Shown: positions 1 through 10,051, numbered from the stretch's first letter. The stretch: 64,000 nucleotides of DNA from Patescibacteria group bacterium (GCA_036726225.1 DAIMCS010000002.1:123743-187742); one strand, 5' to 3'. The notes: generated by a model from the letters alone, not told the origin. Translations and numbers: made by a program.

Positions 1-233
1 AAAAGAATATTCTCCCACTGACTCTGCCCAATACCAAAATACTGGTAAATCTTTAGTGGCGCTTTCCACTTGCTGGCCGGTTGGCAGCACAGCCAAAAGG
101 TTAGTTGTGTACGGCGAGTTAATGCAGGTTGAAAAGTAATAAGTTCGCTTTGCCCTTGACAACAAGAGATAAAACCATTATAATTAAAAGTTAAAATCAT
201 TATCCATCTTATTTAAGCTTTAAACGAGTACTT

Positions 234-3200
234 ATGAACAAAATATTACAAGTGTTAAAACCTCAAGTTAGTTTACCAATTGCCCTGGCCATTTTAGTTG
301 GCTTAAGCGGCGTTTTTGTAATGTCGCCAAGGGCCTCCAGAATTGTAAAAGCCGAAAATTGTAACAATGCCCCTTCTGTAGCGACTTTAAACTTTTACCC
401 GGTTACCTGGGGAAACGTTGCGGGTGTTAACTGTTTGGATTTTGCTCCTATATCTATAAGAAACGTAAACAATCCTAATTACGCCCCGAGCGTTTCTGCC
501 CAGCCCGGAGAAGAAATGTATGTAAGTATTTACGTACACAATGGCGCCAGACAAGATGGCGACCCAAACCAAACCACAGCCCAAAATGTAAACGGGAGCA
601 TTTCGCTTTCCGGCAATACCATTTCCACAAGTTTTGCAGGTTCTAATACCAACACCAAAACTGGTGATGTCACTGTAGATATGCCTTCCGGTGCGACTTT
701 GGAAATTATTCCGGGTACAGAGGAATTTTTTGACTATCAATTTAGACCCATTTCCAAAAGTGTCAATTTAACTACTACCGGCGGGAGTTTTAATTTAGGT
801 GATATGCTCGCCTGTTTTGAATATTCCATTCAGCTTCGTTTTAAAGTAAAAGTTGTCGGGGCGGCTGCAGGCACAGGCAATATTGACGCGCAGACAAAAG
901 ACCAAAACTGCCCGGCCGGCAATTACAACGGCATTGTAAGCTGGAATGTTAGCGGCGGCGTTACCCAATCTGCCGTTTATGTCGATGATTTAAATGACAA
1001 CTTAGGCCCGCAATATTTTAGCGGTGAGCTTTGGGCTGAAAACAAAGCAATCTCTTTAATTCCAAACCATACTTTTGTTTTTACTCTCTATTCTGTTCAA
1101 AACGGAGTTGAAACTAAAATCTCTGAGGATTCCACCGGCGTTGTACCTGCGCTTAATTGCGGCGAGGATGCCACCGGAAATATTGATGTAGTCGTGCAGA
1201 GTCAAAACTGCCCGGCCGGCAATTACAACGGCATTGTAAGCTGGAATGTTAGCGGCGGCGTTACCCAATCTGCCGTTTATGTCGATGATTTAAATGACAA
1301 CTTAGGCCCGCAATATTTTAGCGGTGAGCTTTGGGCTGAAAACAAAGCAATCTCTTTAATTCCAAACCATACTTTTGTTTTTACTCTCTATTCTGTTCAA
1401 AACGGAGTTGAAACTAAAATCTCTGAGGATTCCACCGGCGTTGTACCTGCGCTTAATTGCGGCGAAGGCCCCACCACTTTAGTTTGTACGCCCCAAACGC
1501 AGACTGTAAATTCCGGAGCCCAGGCAAGTATTACTGCCAGCGGAGGCACTGCTCCATATTCATGGAAAGAAGGCGGCGTAGTAGTCAGCACACAGCCTAC
1601 CATTACCAGGACTTATACCAACCCTCTAACCTCTACTCAAACCAATACGCTTACTGTTTCAAGCTCAGACGGTCAAACTAAAACTTGTATTATATATGTA
1701 AATGGAGTTAGCGCTCCGCAAAGCGCCAGTATTGTTATAACTAAAGATGTCAGAAATATTACCCAAAACCAGTCTACTTTTGTGGATTCTACATCTGCCA
1801 AACAAAACGATACTTTAGAATACCGCATTGTGGTATCGGCAGGCAGCTCTGTGGCTTTAAACAACGTTGTTGTAACCGACACCTTTGCATCCGGCTTAAC
1901 TTATTTAAGCGGTTCTATTAGGGTAAACGGCCAGCCGCACAGCGCCGGGCTCTCCAGCGGGGGATTAACTTTCTCTTCTGTTAGCCAGGGTTCTCCGTTA
2001 ACTATTACTTACCAGGCCACAGTTAACGCCTCCAGCGGCACTATTGTAAATACCGCTAAGGCCACTGCTTCTAATTCAATCAATTTTCCTAGCGATACTG
2101 CAACTGTAAACGTAACTACGAATCCGGTTTCAGTTAATTGTACTGCTAATCCGACCGTTATTAATATAAACGGTTCAACTACTTTTTCCGCCTCAGGCGG
2201 CAATGGTTCTTATTCTTGGACTGTAACCGGCGGCAGTGTAACCAATTCAACTCAACAAAGCTTTAACTCAACTTTCAACACTGCGGGCACTTTTATAGCC
2301 ACTGTCTCCAGCGGCGGCAATTCCGCCACCTGTAACGTTGTTGTAAACAGCAACCCTAACAATTTAGTTTGTTATGCTAACCCATCTGTAATAAGCTCCG
2401 GTCAAAGCGTGACTTTTACTGCCTCAGGCGGCAGCGGATCTTATACTTGGCATGACAACGGCAACACTTATTTCGGCAGCTCTTACACACCTAACCCAAA
2501 TTACATTAACAACTCTACAGGGTCTATTACCCGCACCGTAACTGTAAACAGCGGCGGCCAAACCGTGCAATGCAGCGTTACTATAAACGGTATTAGCAAC
2601 CCGGGCCAGGCCATTTTGAACATTTCCAAAATGGTCAGGAATACAAACGGCGGCGCTTATCAAAATAGCGTGACCGTAAATACTAATGACACTGTCCAGT
2701 TTGAAATTGTTGTAACCAACAACGGCAGCCAGACAGCAAACAATGTCCGCGTAACTGACAACCTAACTAACGGGTTAAGCTTAGTGCCGGGCAGCGTAAC
2801 TGTTGACGGTTCATACGCTTCTGATTCCACTATCTATTCAGGAATGTATTTAGGCAACTTAGTCCCCGGCCAACAAAAACGAATTAATTTTCAGGCCAGA
2901 ATTAATTCCACCGGTTCTTCCAGCATCCAAAATGTTGCCGTAGCCAACTCCGACAATGCGGGCAGCGTACAAGCCAGCGCCTGGGTTTTTGTAAGCCAGG
3001 TTTCTGGAGGTAATGTAAACTTAAATTACAGCAAGCGCGCTTTCAACGAAACTAGAAATGCCGATGCTACCACTGTTACTGCGCAAAGAGAAGACTTTAT
3101 TACTTATACTTTAACTGTCAACAACAGCGGCAATACACCTGCAAATAATTTCGTCATTACTGACGACCTAAGTCAGGTTTTGCAATATGCTGATATGGTG

Positions 3201-3512
3201 GACAATGGCGGGGGTAGTTTAAACGGCAGTGTTATAAATTATCCGGGTATAACTGTTCCGGCCGGCGGTAGCGTATCGCGCAGCTTTAAAGTGAGAGTCA
3301 AGTTCTCGCTTGCCAGCAACCTTAGCTACACTATGACTAACACTTACGGCAATACCGTAACTGTCAGAATTAACACTCCGCAGGTTTTAGGCAACTTTGT
3401 TGCTCCTAAGACCGGTGCGGAAACTGCGGCTTTCAGTTTTGCAGGCATATTTACCGGCGCTGCAGCGCTTATTAGAAAAAGAAAGTATTTAATGAAGCTT
3501 ATCTTTACTTAA
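234..3512 (+). CDS. Large secreted cell-surface protein with DUF11-type 'conserved repeat domain' modules and Ig-like repeats; C-terminal sortase-like sorting signal
   Basis: N-terminal signal peptide (KPQVSLPIALAILVGLSGVFVMSP). Repeated modules of type VVTDTFASGLTYLSGS / VTDNLTNGLSLVPGSVTV typical of DUF11. The C-terminus is VAPKTGAE + hydrophobic stretch + RKRK, resembling an LPXTG-type cell-wall sorting signal. A terminator follows. Confidence 0.8.
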   Translation: MNKILQVLKPQVSLPIALAILVGLSGVFVMSPRASRIVKAENCNNAPSVATLNFYPVTWGNVAGVNCLDFAPISIRNVNNPNYAPSVSAQPGEEMYVSIYVHNGARQDGDPNQTTAQNVNGSISLSGNTISTSFAGSNTNTKTGDVTVDMPSGATLEIIPGTEEFFDYQFRPISKSVNLTTTGGSFNLGDMLACFEYSIQLRFKVKVVGAAAGTGNIDAQTKDQNCPAGNYNGIVSWNVSGGVTQSAVYVDDLNDNLGPQYFSGELWAENKAISLIPNHTFVFTLYSVQNGVETKISEDSTGVVPALNCGEDATGNIDVVVQSQNCPAGNYNGIVSWNVSGGVTQSAVYVDDLNDNLGPQYFSGELWAENKAISLIPNHTFVFTLYSVQNGVETKISEDSTGVVPALNCGEGPTTLVCTPQTQTVNSGAQASITASGGTAPYSWKEGGVVVSTQPTITRTYTNPLTSTQTNTLTVSSSDGQTKTCIIYVNGVSAPQSASIVITKDVRNITQNQSTFVDSTSAKQNDTLEYRIVVSAGSSVALNNVVVTDTFASGLTYLSGSIRVNGQPHSAGLSSGGLTFSSVSQGSPLTITYQATVNASSGTIVNTAKATASNSINFPSDTATVNVTTNPVSVNCTANPTVININGSTTFSASGGNGSYSWTVTGGSVTNSTQQSFNSTFNTAGTFIATVSSGGNSATCNVVVNSNPNNLVCYANPSVISSGQSVTFTASGGSGSYTWHDNGNTYFGSSYTPNPNYINNSTGSITRTVTVNSGGQTVQCSVTINGISNPGQAILNISKMVRNTNGGAYQNSVTVNTNDTVQFEIVVTNNGSQTANNVRVTDNLTNGLSLVPGSVTVDGSYASDSTIYSGMYLGNLVPGQQKRINFQARINSTGSSSIQNVAVANSDNAGSVQASAWVFVSQVSGGNVNLNYSKRAFNETRNADATTVTAQREDFITYTLTVNNSGNTPANNFVITDDLSQVLQYADMVDNGGGSLNGSVINYPGITVPAGGSVSRSFKVRVKFSLASNLSYTMTNTYGNTVTVRINTPQVLGNFVAPKTGAETAAFSFAGIFTGAAALIRKRKYLMKLIFT
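903..1465 (+). repeat. Perfect tandem duplication (2 x 300 bp period, 263 bp identical) inside the adhesin gene, in frame
   Basis: Positions 903-1165 are identical base-for-base to 1203-1465 (checked line by line). They encode NCPAGNYNGIVSWNVSGGVTQSAVYVDDLNDNLGPQYF...VVPALNCGE twice. Confidence 0.95.
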
Positions 3513-3525
3513 AAATAAAATTAAA

Positions 3526-3566
3526 AAAGCCCCGAATCCGCTATCTGGCAGACGGGGCTTTTTTAC
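3526..3566 (+). terminator. Rho-independent terminator after adhesin gene
   Basis: aaagccccg...cggggctttttt hairpin plus T-run. Confidence 0.7.
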
Positions 3567-4086
3567 TTGCGCAATTTCGGGGAAGTGCTATTATAAAAGT
3601 AAATCGGGCTTAAAATGCCCTACCAAACAGAGGTGGAAATGAAGGTAGCTCCGTACGGCCGAGAAAGAAATGACCGGAAAAAAGTTTTGTTGCTGAGTTT
3701 ATTGGTAACTTTTTGCCTACTGTTTACGGCCTGGCAACTTGCGCAAACTCGCGTATACAGAGAAAGACCAGGGGAGCAATTGCAACCACTGCCTTCCCCG
3801 CTGACGGTTCAATATGTTTGCGGGCAAAAAGGAGTTGTGTGCGTATGGGGGTAGCCCACTTAATCAAAAGGGGGGCCGTCGGTACAAACCTTCCGCCCCT
3901 TCCTCATCTTAACAAAACAAAAACCAACAGCTAGAAAGCTGTTTTTATTTTTACCAGCCAACCAATGACTAACCAATATCTTTTAGACCTAATTCATGAA
4001 GCAAACAACCGCGGCGGCGGTATGGTTTTAAATTTGGACGGACAGCCCCAAGTTGTCGTTTTGACTTTGGATCGGTATAATCAAAT

Positions 4087-5077
4087 TATGAATAAGGAAT
4101 CAATAAAAAATAAAGAATTAAAAGTGCTGGTCACCGGCGGAGCGGGGTATATTGGCGGGCATTTGGTGAAAGAATTGACAGAAGCAGGTTATCAGGTGGT
4201 GGTTTTAGATAATTTATCCAGCGGCAAAAGAGAAAATATTGACCCCAGGGCTGTTTTTATAGAAGGGGATTTGGCCGACACAAATTTGCTTAAAGATATT
4301 TTTGCGGCCAATAAATTTGACGCAGTTTTCCATATGGCTGCGAGCGTGGAAGTGGAAGAATCGGTCAAAGAGCCTCAAAAATATTTTGACAACAATGTCA
4401 GCAATACCAACAAGCTTTTAAACGCAATGGCAGAAGCCGGGTGTAAAAAGATTATTTATTCCTCCACAGCCGCGGTTTACGGCGAAAGCCAAAACCCCAT
4501 AACCGAAACTTCACCGCTGCACCCTTCCAGCCCTTATGGCGCAAGCAAACTTTTGGGCGAGCGGGCCATAAAATATTTTTGCGAAAATTTGGGTTTTTCC
4601 GCCGTTGTATTCCGTTATTTTAATGCCTGCGGTTTTAACCCAAAAGCTAAAATTTTGCCTACCCACCAGTCGCATTTAATTTACAATGTTATGCAAGTTG
4701 CTTTGGGGCGAAAATCTGCCCTGCAGGTTTTTGGCAACAGTTACAACACCCTGGACGGCACGGGGATTCGGGATTATGTGCATATTTTGGATATTGTCCA
4801 TCCTCATATTCTGGCTTTAAATAAGCTGGACGGAAATAAATTCGAAATTATAAATATTGGTACCGGCAAAGGCAGTAGTGTTGCACAAGTAATTAATACC
4901 GCGTCAGAAGTTTTAAACAAAATTATTCCCATGGAGATTGTGGGGAAAAGAGCAGGGGACTCTGCTATTACCGTAGCCGACAACGCTAAGCTTCGGAAAG
5001 ATTTAGGTTATGAACTCAAATATAGTGATTTAGAGAATATAATTAGGACTAGTTGGGAAGGCATGAAGAACATATAG
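4087..5077 (+). CDS. galE: UDP-glucose 4-epimerase (NAD-dependent epimerase/dehydratase); the ORF is open upstream to 3965 (alternative start)
   Basis: Rossmann motif VLVTGGAGYIGGH, YSSTAAVYG, and catalytic SPYGASK (YxxxK). A TATAAT at 4074-4079 lies 7 nt before the ATG at 4087. Confidence 0.85.
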
Positions 5078-5096
5078 ATTAGAAACAAATTCACTT

Positions 5097-5124
5097 AAAA
5101 CCCGTCTATAAGTAGGCGGGTTTT
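5097..5124 (+). terminator. Terminator after galE, followed by an extended -10 promoter (TGtTATAAT 5125-5133)
   Basis: aaaacccgtctataagtaggcgggtttt hairpin. Confidence 0.6.
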
Positions 5125-5208
5125 GTGTTATAATTTATCTGGGTTCGCGGAAAACGTGCGGAATTTAACGCCCAAAGTACGCGGAAACTAGATAATTAAC
5201 ACATTAAA

Positions 5209-5928
5209 ATGAACAAACTGTCAGTTGTTATCCCGGCTTACAACGAGGAGCATCGTATTGCTCAAACGCTTGCGTCAGTAAGCGAGTATTTAAAAAAACA
5301 GCCTTACGATTACGAAATTTTGGTAGTCAACGACGGTTCTAAAGACTCAACAGCAAAAGCCGTATTAAGCCTTGAGTCACAAATCCCGAATTTAAGGTTA
5401 ATTGATAACCGGGAAAACCACGGCAAAGGCTGGGTAACAAAACAGGGTATGCTTGCGGCAACCGGGGATGTCAGGTTGTTTATGGACGCTGACAATTCCA
5501 CTAAGGTTGATGAAGTAAGCAAAATGTTGCCGTTTTTTTCGCAAGGGAATGACATAGTTATTGGCTCCCGCAGAATTAAAGGCTCGGTCATTGCCATCCA
5601 CCAGCCATGGTTTAGGGATTTTTTAGGCGGCGTGTTCCGGTTTATTGTGCATACGTTGGTTCCGCTTAATGTAACGGATTCGCAGTGCGGTTTTAAGACT
5701 TTTTCGGGCAAAGCCGCGCAAACCGTTTTTAGCAGACAAACTGTTTTTCGCTGGGCGTTTGACGTTGAAATTTTAGCAATTGCCCGCAGGCATAAATTAA
5801 AAATAGCAGAAGTGCCCATAACCTGGGTCAATGACGCAGAAAGCCACGTAAAATTTTCAGGGGAAGTGAATATGCTTTTGGAAATTTTTAAAACCAGGTT
5901 AAATTTATGGGCAGGAAAGTATAAATGA
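5209..5928 (+). CDS. Family 2 glycosyltransferase (dolichyl/polyprenyl-phosphate sugar synthase-like)
   Basis: VVIPAYNEE...VVNDGSKD...DADNS motifs (GT-A DXD). Confidence 0.85.
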   Translation: MNKLSVVIPAYNEEHRIAQTLASVSEYLKKQPYDYEILVVNDGSKDSTAKAVLSLESQIPNLRLIDNRENHGKGWVTKQGMLAATGDVRLFMDADNSTKVDEVSKMLPFFSQGNDIVIGSRRIKGSVIAIHQPWFRDFLGGVFRFIVHTLVPLNVTDSQCGFKTFSGKAAQTVFSRQTVFRWAFDVEILAIARRHKLKIAEVPITWVNDAESHVKFSGEVNMLLEIFKTRLNLWAGKYK

Positions 5929-7799
5929 GAATAACGCTTTCAAAATTTAGTAAATTAAAAAAAACGATTGCCATTTTTATGGTACTCATTTTTGTTTTTA
6001 TTCCCGAATTTTTGCCCACCAAAGCGGCTTTAGCCGGACAGGAAGCCGGGGGAACTTATATTATCAAACTTAAAGACACTAAAGATTACAGCCGGCTGCT
6101 TTTGGTTTCGGACTCAATTAAAAGGCGCTTTATCCAAAGTAAAAACATCCAATTTCAAAATATCTACACTTTTAATTCCAACTTAAGCCTTGCGGGTTTA
6201 AAAAATTTTTTAGCCGGTACGTATGAATACATTGAGCCCCAAAAAGTTTTACAGGTTTCTGAAGTTTTTGTAAATGACCCGGGTTTTACCCTCCAGGAGC
6301 AAAACGTCGATAAGCAGTGGGGTCTGGTTAAGGCCGGCTTTTCCCAAGCCTGGGCAAAAACCGTGGGCAGCGATGCAAATGTTGTTGCAATTATAGACAC
6401 AGGCATAGACGGGACCCACGAAGATTTACAAACTACAAATTTTGTATCCGGTTTTAATTTTATTTCCAACCAACCGATTGCGGCCGGACCAAACAATAAT
6501 TCGGACGACAACGGCCACGGCACTTTGGTTGCCGGCGTCCTGGGCGCGGCAACCAATAACGGCATGGGAGTTGCGGGAACTAACTGGGAAATTTCCCTAA
6601 TGGCCCTTAAAGCTTTGGATAAAGAGGGTAAAGGCGATGTTTCTGGCGTGGCTGAGGCAATTGTCTGGGCAACCGACCACGGCGCCCAGTTTGTAAATTT
6701 GAGCTTAGGCGGCATAGGTTTTGGCCACGACACGACTTTAGCCAACTCTATTAATTACGCCTTTAATAAAAACGTACTTATTGTCGCTGCCGCCGGTAAT
6801 GACACGGCAACAACGGGCAGTAACCTGGACCAGACGCCTGTTTTTCCGGTTTGTGACGACAATAATTTTAATATGATAATCGGCGTGGCGGCAACGGACC
6901 ATAATGATTTAAAACCCGCCTTCTCTAATTACGGTAAAAATTGCATAGATGTAACCGCACCCGGCAAAAGAATTTTATCTACAATTAATTTCGACCCGCT
7001 ATCCCAAAAGCCTTCGCCAAATTCTTATGCTTACGCTTCGGGAACTTCTTTGGCCGTGCCTTTTGTTGTAGGACAGGCCGCGCTTATAAAAGCCCTGTAC
7101 CCGCAAGCCACCAACATACAAATCCGCGACCGGATAATCGGCACGGCAGACACTATAGATAATTTAAACCTTATCCAGTGCGCAGGGGGTTCTTGTAGGG
7201 GGCTGGTCGGCGCGGGCAGGATTAATGTGTTTAGAAGTTTGCAAACAGAAATCCCTCTAGATTTTATTGAATGGGATATTGTGAAGGTCAACGATTTAAG
7301 CGGGGTGGTTTACCAAATTGTTGGCGGCCAAAAGAGGCTCATCTCCTCCTTTGTTTATAACCAGCGTTTTGCCAATTCCGAGTTTAAGACCGCCAATTTC
7401 GACCAGCTTGCCAACTTTCCCGAAGGCCCGTATGTAACGCCTCAAGATGGTACTTTAGTTAAATATGATACCAGCCCGACTGTTTACATAATGGACAAAG
7501 GGCAAAAGTTGCCCATAACCGCGCAGGTGTTTTTTCAAAGGAAACTTAGCTTTGCTGACGTTCGCACTTTAAGCGTTTCTGAACTCGACTCCTGGGCAAA
7601 AGGGAATTTTTACCCGCCGGCGGAAGGCACGCTGCTGAAAGCCGCAAAAAGCAAAACCGTCTATTGGGTGGTGGGTCAGGTACTACACCCTATAAATAAT
7701 ACATTCTATGCCGACAAGGGGCTAAAGGTTTTTCCTCTCATAACTTTTTCTGACGCGGATATTGCGAGTTTCCCCAAAGGCGAAGCTTATATTAGATAG
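5925..7799 (+). CDS. Secreted subtilisin-like serine protease (peptidase S8) with C-terminal ~55-aa repeat modules
   Basis: Signal/TM at N-terminus. Catalytic triad motifs AIIDTGID (Asp), HGTLVAG (His) and GTSLAVPFV (Ser). Three C-terminal repeats of the type DGTLVK..TVY.V..GQK.PI. Confidence 0.9.
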   Translation: MRITLSKFSKLKKTIAIFMVLIFVFIPEFLPTKAALAGQEAGGTYIIKLKDTKDYSRLLLVSDSIKRRFIQSKNIQFQNIYTFNSNLSLAGLKNFLAGTYEYIEPQKVLQVSEVFVNDPGFTLQEQNVDKQWGLVKAGFSQAWAKTVGSDANVVAIIDTGIDGTHEDLQTTNFVSGFNFISNQPIAAGPNNNSDDNGHGTLVAGVLGAATNNGMGVAGTNWEISLMALKALDKEGKGDVSGVAEAIVWATDHGAQFVNLSLGGIGFGHDTTLANSINYAFNKNVLIVAAAGNDTATTGSNLDQTPVFPVCDDNNFNMIIGVAATDHNDLKPAFSNYGKNCIDVTAPGKRILSTINFDPLSQKPSPNSYAYASGTSLAVPFVVGQAALIKALYPQATNIQIRDRIIGTADTIDNLNLIQCAGGSCRGLVGAGRINVFRSLQTEIPLDFIEWDIVKVNDLSGVVYQIVGGQKRLISSFVYNQRFANSEFKTANFDQLANFPEGPYVTPQDGTLVKYDTSPTVYIMDKGQKLPITAQVFFQRKLSFADVRTLSVSELDSWAKGNFYPPAEGTLLKAAKSKTVYWVVGQVLHPINNTFYADKGLKVFPLITFSDADIASFPKGEAYIR

Positions 7800-7842
7800 G
7801 AGTTTTAAAATAGGAGGTACAAAAAGCATTAAGAAAAAAAAT

Positions 7843-9699
7843 ATGCTCAAAAGAAAAATTTTAAAATTTATAAGCGCCGTAATATTATTCAGCTTCCCGC
7901 TGGCCGCGTTGGCTATGCCGGTTGACCCAAATTTTAACCCGGCCAAACTCATTGACGACAAAGTTTTTTCCGACATTCAAACTTTTGGCGGTCCGGAAGG
8001 CGTGCAGAAATTTTTGGAAAGTAAAAATTCGGTTTTGGCAAACACCTCCGCGGATTTTTTGGTTAAGCTCAAAGAGCCGCAGGCTACCCAACTAAAAGAA
8101 GGCCTGGAAGACCCGCAGCCAAATTTAGGCAGGCTTAGGACAGCTGCGGAGCTTATTTGGGACGCCTCCAGGCAAAGCGGGCTTAACCCCCAGGTACTCC
8201 TGGTGACTTTAAACAAAGAGCAGGGGTTAATTACTTCTGCCGGGGATTTTTCCCAAAGCCAGCTGCAAAAAGCTTTAGACAGATCTATGGGTTTTGATTG
8301 TCCGGACGGCGGAGGCTGCGGTAGTTTGTTTCCGGGTTTTTATTATCAATTATTTGGGAATTTTGACTCCGAAGGCAACCGTTATTTAGGCGCGGCCAAA
8401 TCTTTAATGAAATCTTTTACCACAGACGGCGGGCGGGGACCGATTATTGACGGGCGTACCGCAAAGGTAGGCGAGACAATAGTCTTGGGCAACACTTTAG
8501 GCGGCTATGAAAATATTTTGCCTTCGCAGTCGGTGTGGCTGACCAATAATGCAACCGCCGCGCTTTACCGGTATACTCCGCATGTTTTTAACGGCAATTA
8601 CAATTTTTGGAAATTTTTCCAGGCGTGGTTTAAATATCCCAACGGCACGCTGCTTAAAATGGCGAGCTCCGGGGAAACATACATTATCCAAAACGGACTT
8701 AAAGCTTTTGTCCCGCAATTCGTGGCAGCTGCCAGAGGGCTTGATTTAAACAGCACCGTTATAATTTCGCCTACGGAATACGAAAGTTATGTAACAGACA
8801 AGCCGTTGGGGCCGGAAAATAACACCATTGTGCAGCTGCCGGGCCAAAACGAGAAATACGTATTTATAGACAACGTCAGGCACTTGGCGTCAGATTTGGT
8901 AATTAAGCAAAGAGGTTTGGATCCTAAAAAAGTTTTGAGCATTTTGCCGGACGAAGCCGCAATTTTTGAAGCCGGCAGTGTTTTGCCTCCCAAAGACGGC
9001 ACAGTTATCCGCGGCACAACTAACCAGGCAGTATTTTTGGTTAAAGACGGCAAAATTAAAATGTTCAGCGCTTACACATTTGCCCAAAATAAAATTACCA
9101 AAAAAGATATTATAACTGTTCCGGATTCCGAAATTGGCACTTATTCCCAAAGCGGTTTTGTAGCACCGCTCGACGGCAGCCTGGTTAAATCGGCAAACGA
9201 TAGCACAGTTTATTTAGTCCAAAGCTCACTTAAGCAGCCGCTGCTCGGCGAGATTTTCAAGAACCGCGGCTTAAGCTTTAAAAAAGTGGCAATAATTTCA
9301 TCTGACGAGTTAAATGCTCTGCCTATGGGCGGGTTGGCTACGCCTAAAGAGCTTACCTACTTTGCTGCCGATTCAAAGACCGGGCCTTTGTATATTTTTA
9401 AAGAAGGTTCAGTGCACAGCATCTCCAGTTTTGTTGCCAAACAACGCGGCATTACCCCGGATTATATATTTAGCACCAGCGCAATAAATTTTTGGATTGT
9501 GGGAATTCCCATCCCGCCTAAAGACAACACCATTGTAAAAGGCGATACTGACAATACAGTCTATCTTGTTTTAAAAGGCCAGTTAAGGCCTTTAACCTAC
9601 CAAGCTTTCACCAACCGAAAAATTACGTCCAAGAAAATTGTGAGTTTGCCACAGGCCGAAGTTGACGCTTACGCCAAAGGGGAGATAATCACCAAGTAG
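7843..9699 (+). CDS. Secreted hypothetical protein with six C-terminal ~55-aa repeats of the same family as the S8 protease tail (ORF open from 7762)
   Basis: Signal peptide MLKRKILKFISAVILFSFPLAALA. Repeats DGTVIRGTTNQAVFLVKDGKIKMFS / DGSLVKSANDSTVYLVQSSLKQPL / DNTIVKGDTDNTVYLVLKGQLRPL. Confidence 0.75.
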   Translation: MLKRKILKFISAVILFSFPLAALAMPVDPNFNPAKLIDDKVFSDIQTFGGPEGVQKFLESKNSVLANTSADFLVKLKEPQATQLKEGLEDPQPNLGRLRTAAELIWDASRQSGLNPQVLLVTLNKEQGLITSAGDFSQSQLQKALDRSMGFDCPDGGGCGSLFPGFYYQLFGNFDSEGNRYLGAAKSLMKSFTTDGGRGPIIDGRTAKVGETIVLGNTLGGYENILPSQSVWLTNNATAALYRYTPHVFNGNYNFWKFFQAWFKYPNGTLLKMASSGETYIIQNGLKAFVPQFVAAARGLDLNSTVIISPTEYESYVTDKPLGPENNTIVQLPGQNEKYVFIDNVRHLASDLVIKQRGLDPKKVLSILPDEAAIFEAGSVLPPKDGTVIRGTTNQAVFLVKDGKIKMFSAYTFAQNKITKKDIITVPDSEIGTYSQSGFVAPLDGSLVKSANDSTVYLVQSSLKQPLLGEIFKNRGLSFKKVAIISSDELNALPMGGLATPKELTYFAADSKTGPLYIFKEGSVHSISSFVAKQRGITPDYIFSTSAINFWIVGIPIPPKDNTIVKGDTDNTVYLVLKGQLRPLTYQAFTNRKITSKKIVSLPQAEVDAYAKGEIITK

Positions 9700-9711
9700 C
9701 CGCAAATGCAA

Positions 9712-9740
9712 AAAGCCTTGCTATAACCAAGGCTTTTTTG
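9712..9740 (+). terminator. Rho-independent terminator
   Basis: aaagccttgctataaccaaggcttttttg. Confidence 0.7.
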
Positions 9741-9772
9741 TTATATTTGTAAGCAGATTTGGGGAGGCAAAA

Positions 9773-10051
9773 ATGATTATCGAAGTTGCGTTATTCGGGT
9801 TCCGCAATGACGTTGATGCTGCAAGGGCCGCTCTTTTGGGGCTGATCCGTGAAAAACAGCCTTACTGGAAGATGGAACACAAAAGGCGGAAAGACGGAAC
9901 TAGCGGCTGGACAGAAGAAAACCCCTGCGTGCACTGGATTATTACTATTACAGAGGACTTGACTGTAGGGGAAGTCTTGAGGCAGATTGACGCTTTAAAT
10001 TTTGGTTTCGTTCTTGGCACCGATTGCCGCGCGTGCCAGAATAAAATCTAG
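9773..10051 (+). CDS. Small hypothetical protein (92 aa), GC-richer than its flanks, strong SD
   Basis: GGGGAGG RBS 6 nt upstream of the ATG. Followed by a GC hairpin plus T-run (10050-10078). Confidence 0.5.
   Translation: MIIEVALFGFRNDVDAARAALLGLIREKQPYWKMEHKRRKDGTSGWTEENPCVHWIITITEDLTVGEVLRQIDALNFGFVLGTDCRACQNKI

Noticed and set aside
387-2663. Minus-strand ORFs (387-740, 1056-1268, 1397-1603, 1673-1882, 2009-2203, 2424-2663) inside the adhesin gene
   Set aside because: These are shadow ORFs fully embedded antisense to a long, motif-rich CDS. They have no RBS or independent signal.
3615-3934. ORFs 3615-3854 and 3713-3934 in the GC-rich spacer
   Set aside because: They overlap each other, have no SD, and sit in a region that looks non-coding. 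Kept only as part of the GC-rich region finding.
3965-4086. Phd/YefM-antitoxin-like N-terminal extension of galE (…DGQPQVVVLTLDRYNQIM…)
   Set aside because: The resemblance is a short pattern only. A TATAAT 7 nt before the internal ATG at 4087 suggests the extension is untranslated leader/promoter DNA.
5310-5831. Antisense ORFs within the GT2 gene, and similarly 6164-6745, 7031-7291, 8497-9150 and others within long + strand genes
   Set aside because: These are embedded antisense ORFs without translation signals. The sense-strand genes have clear family motifs.
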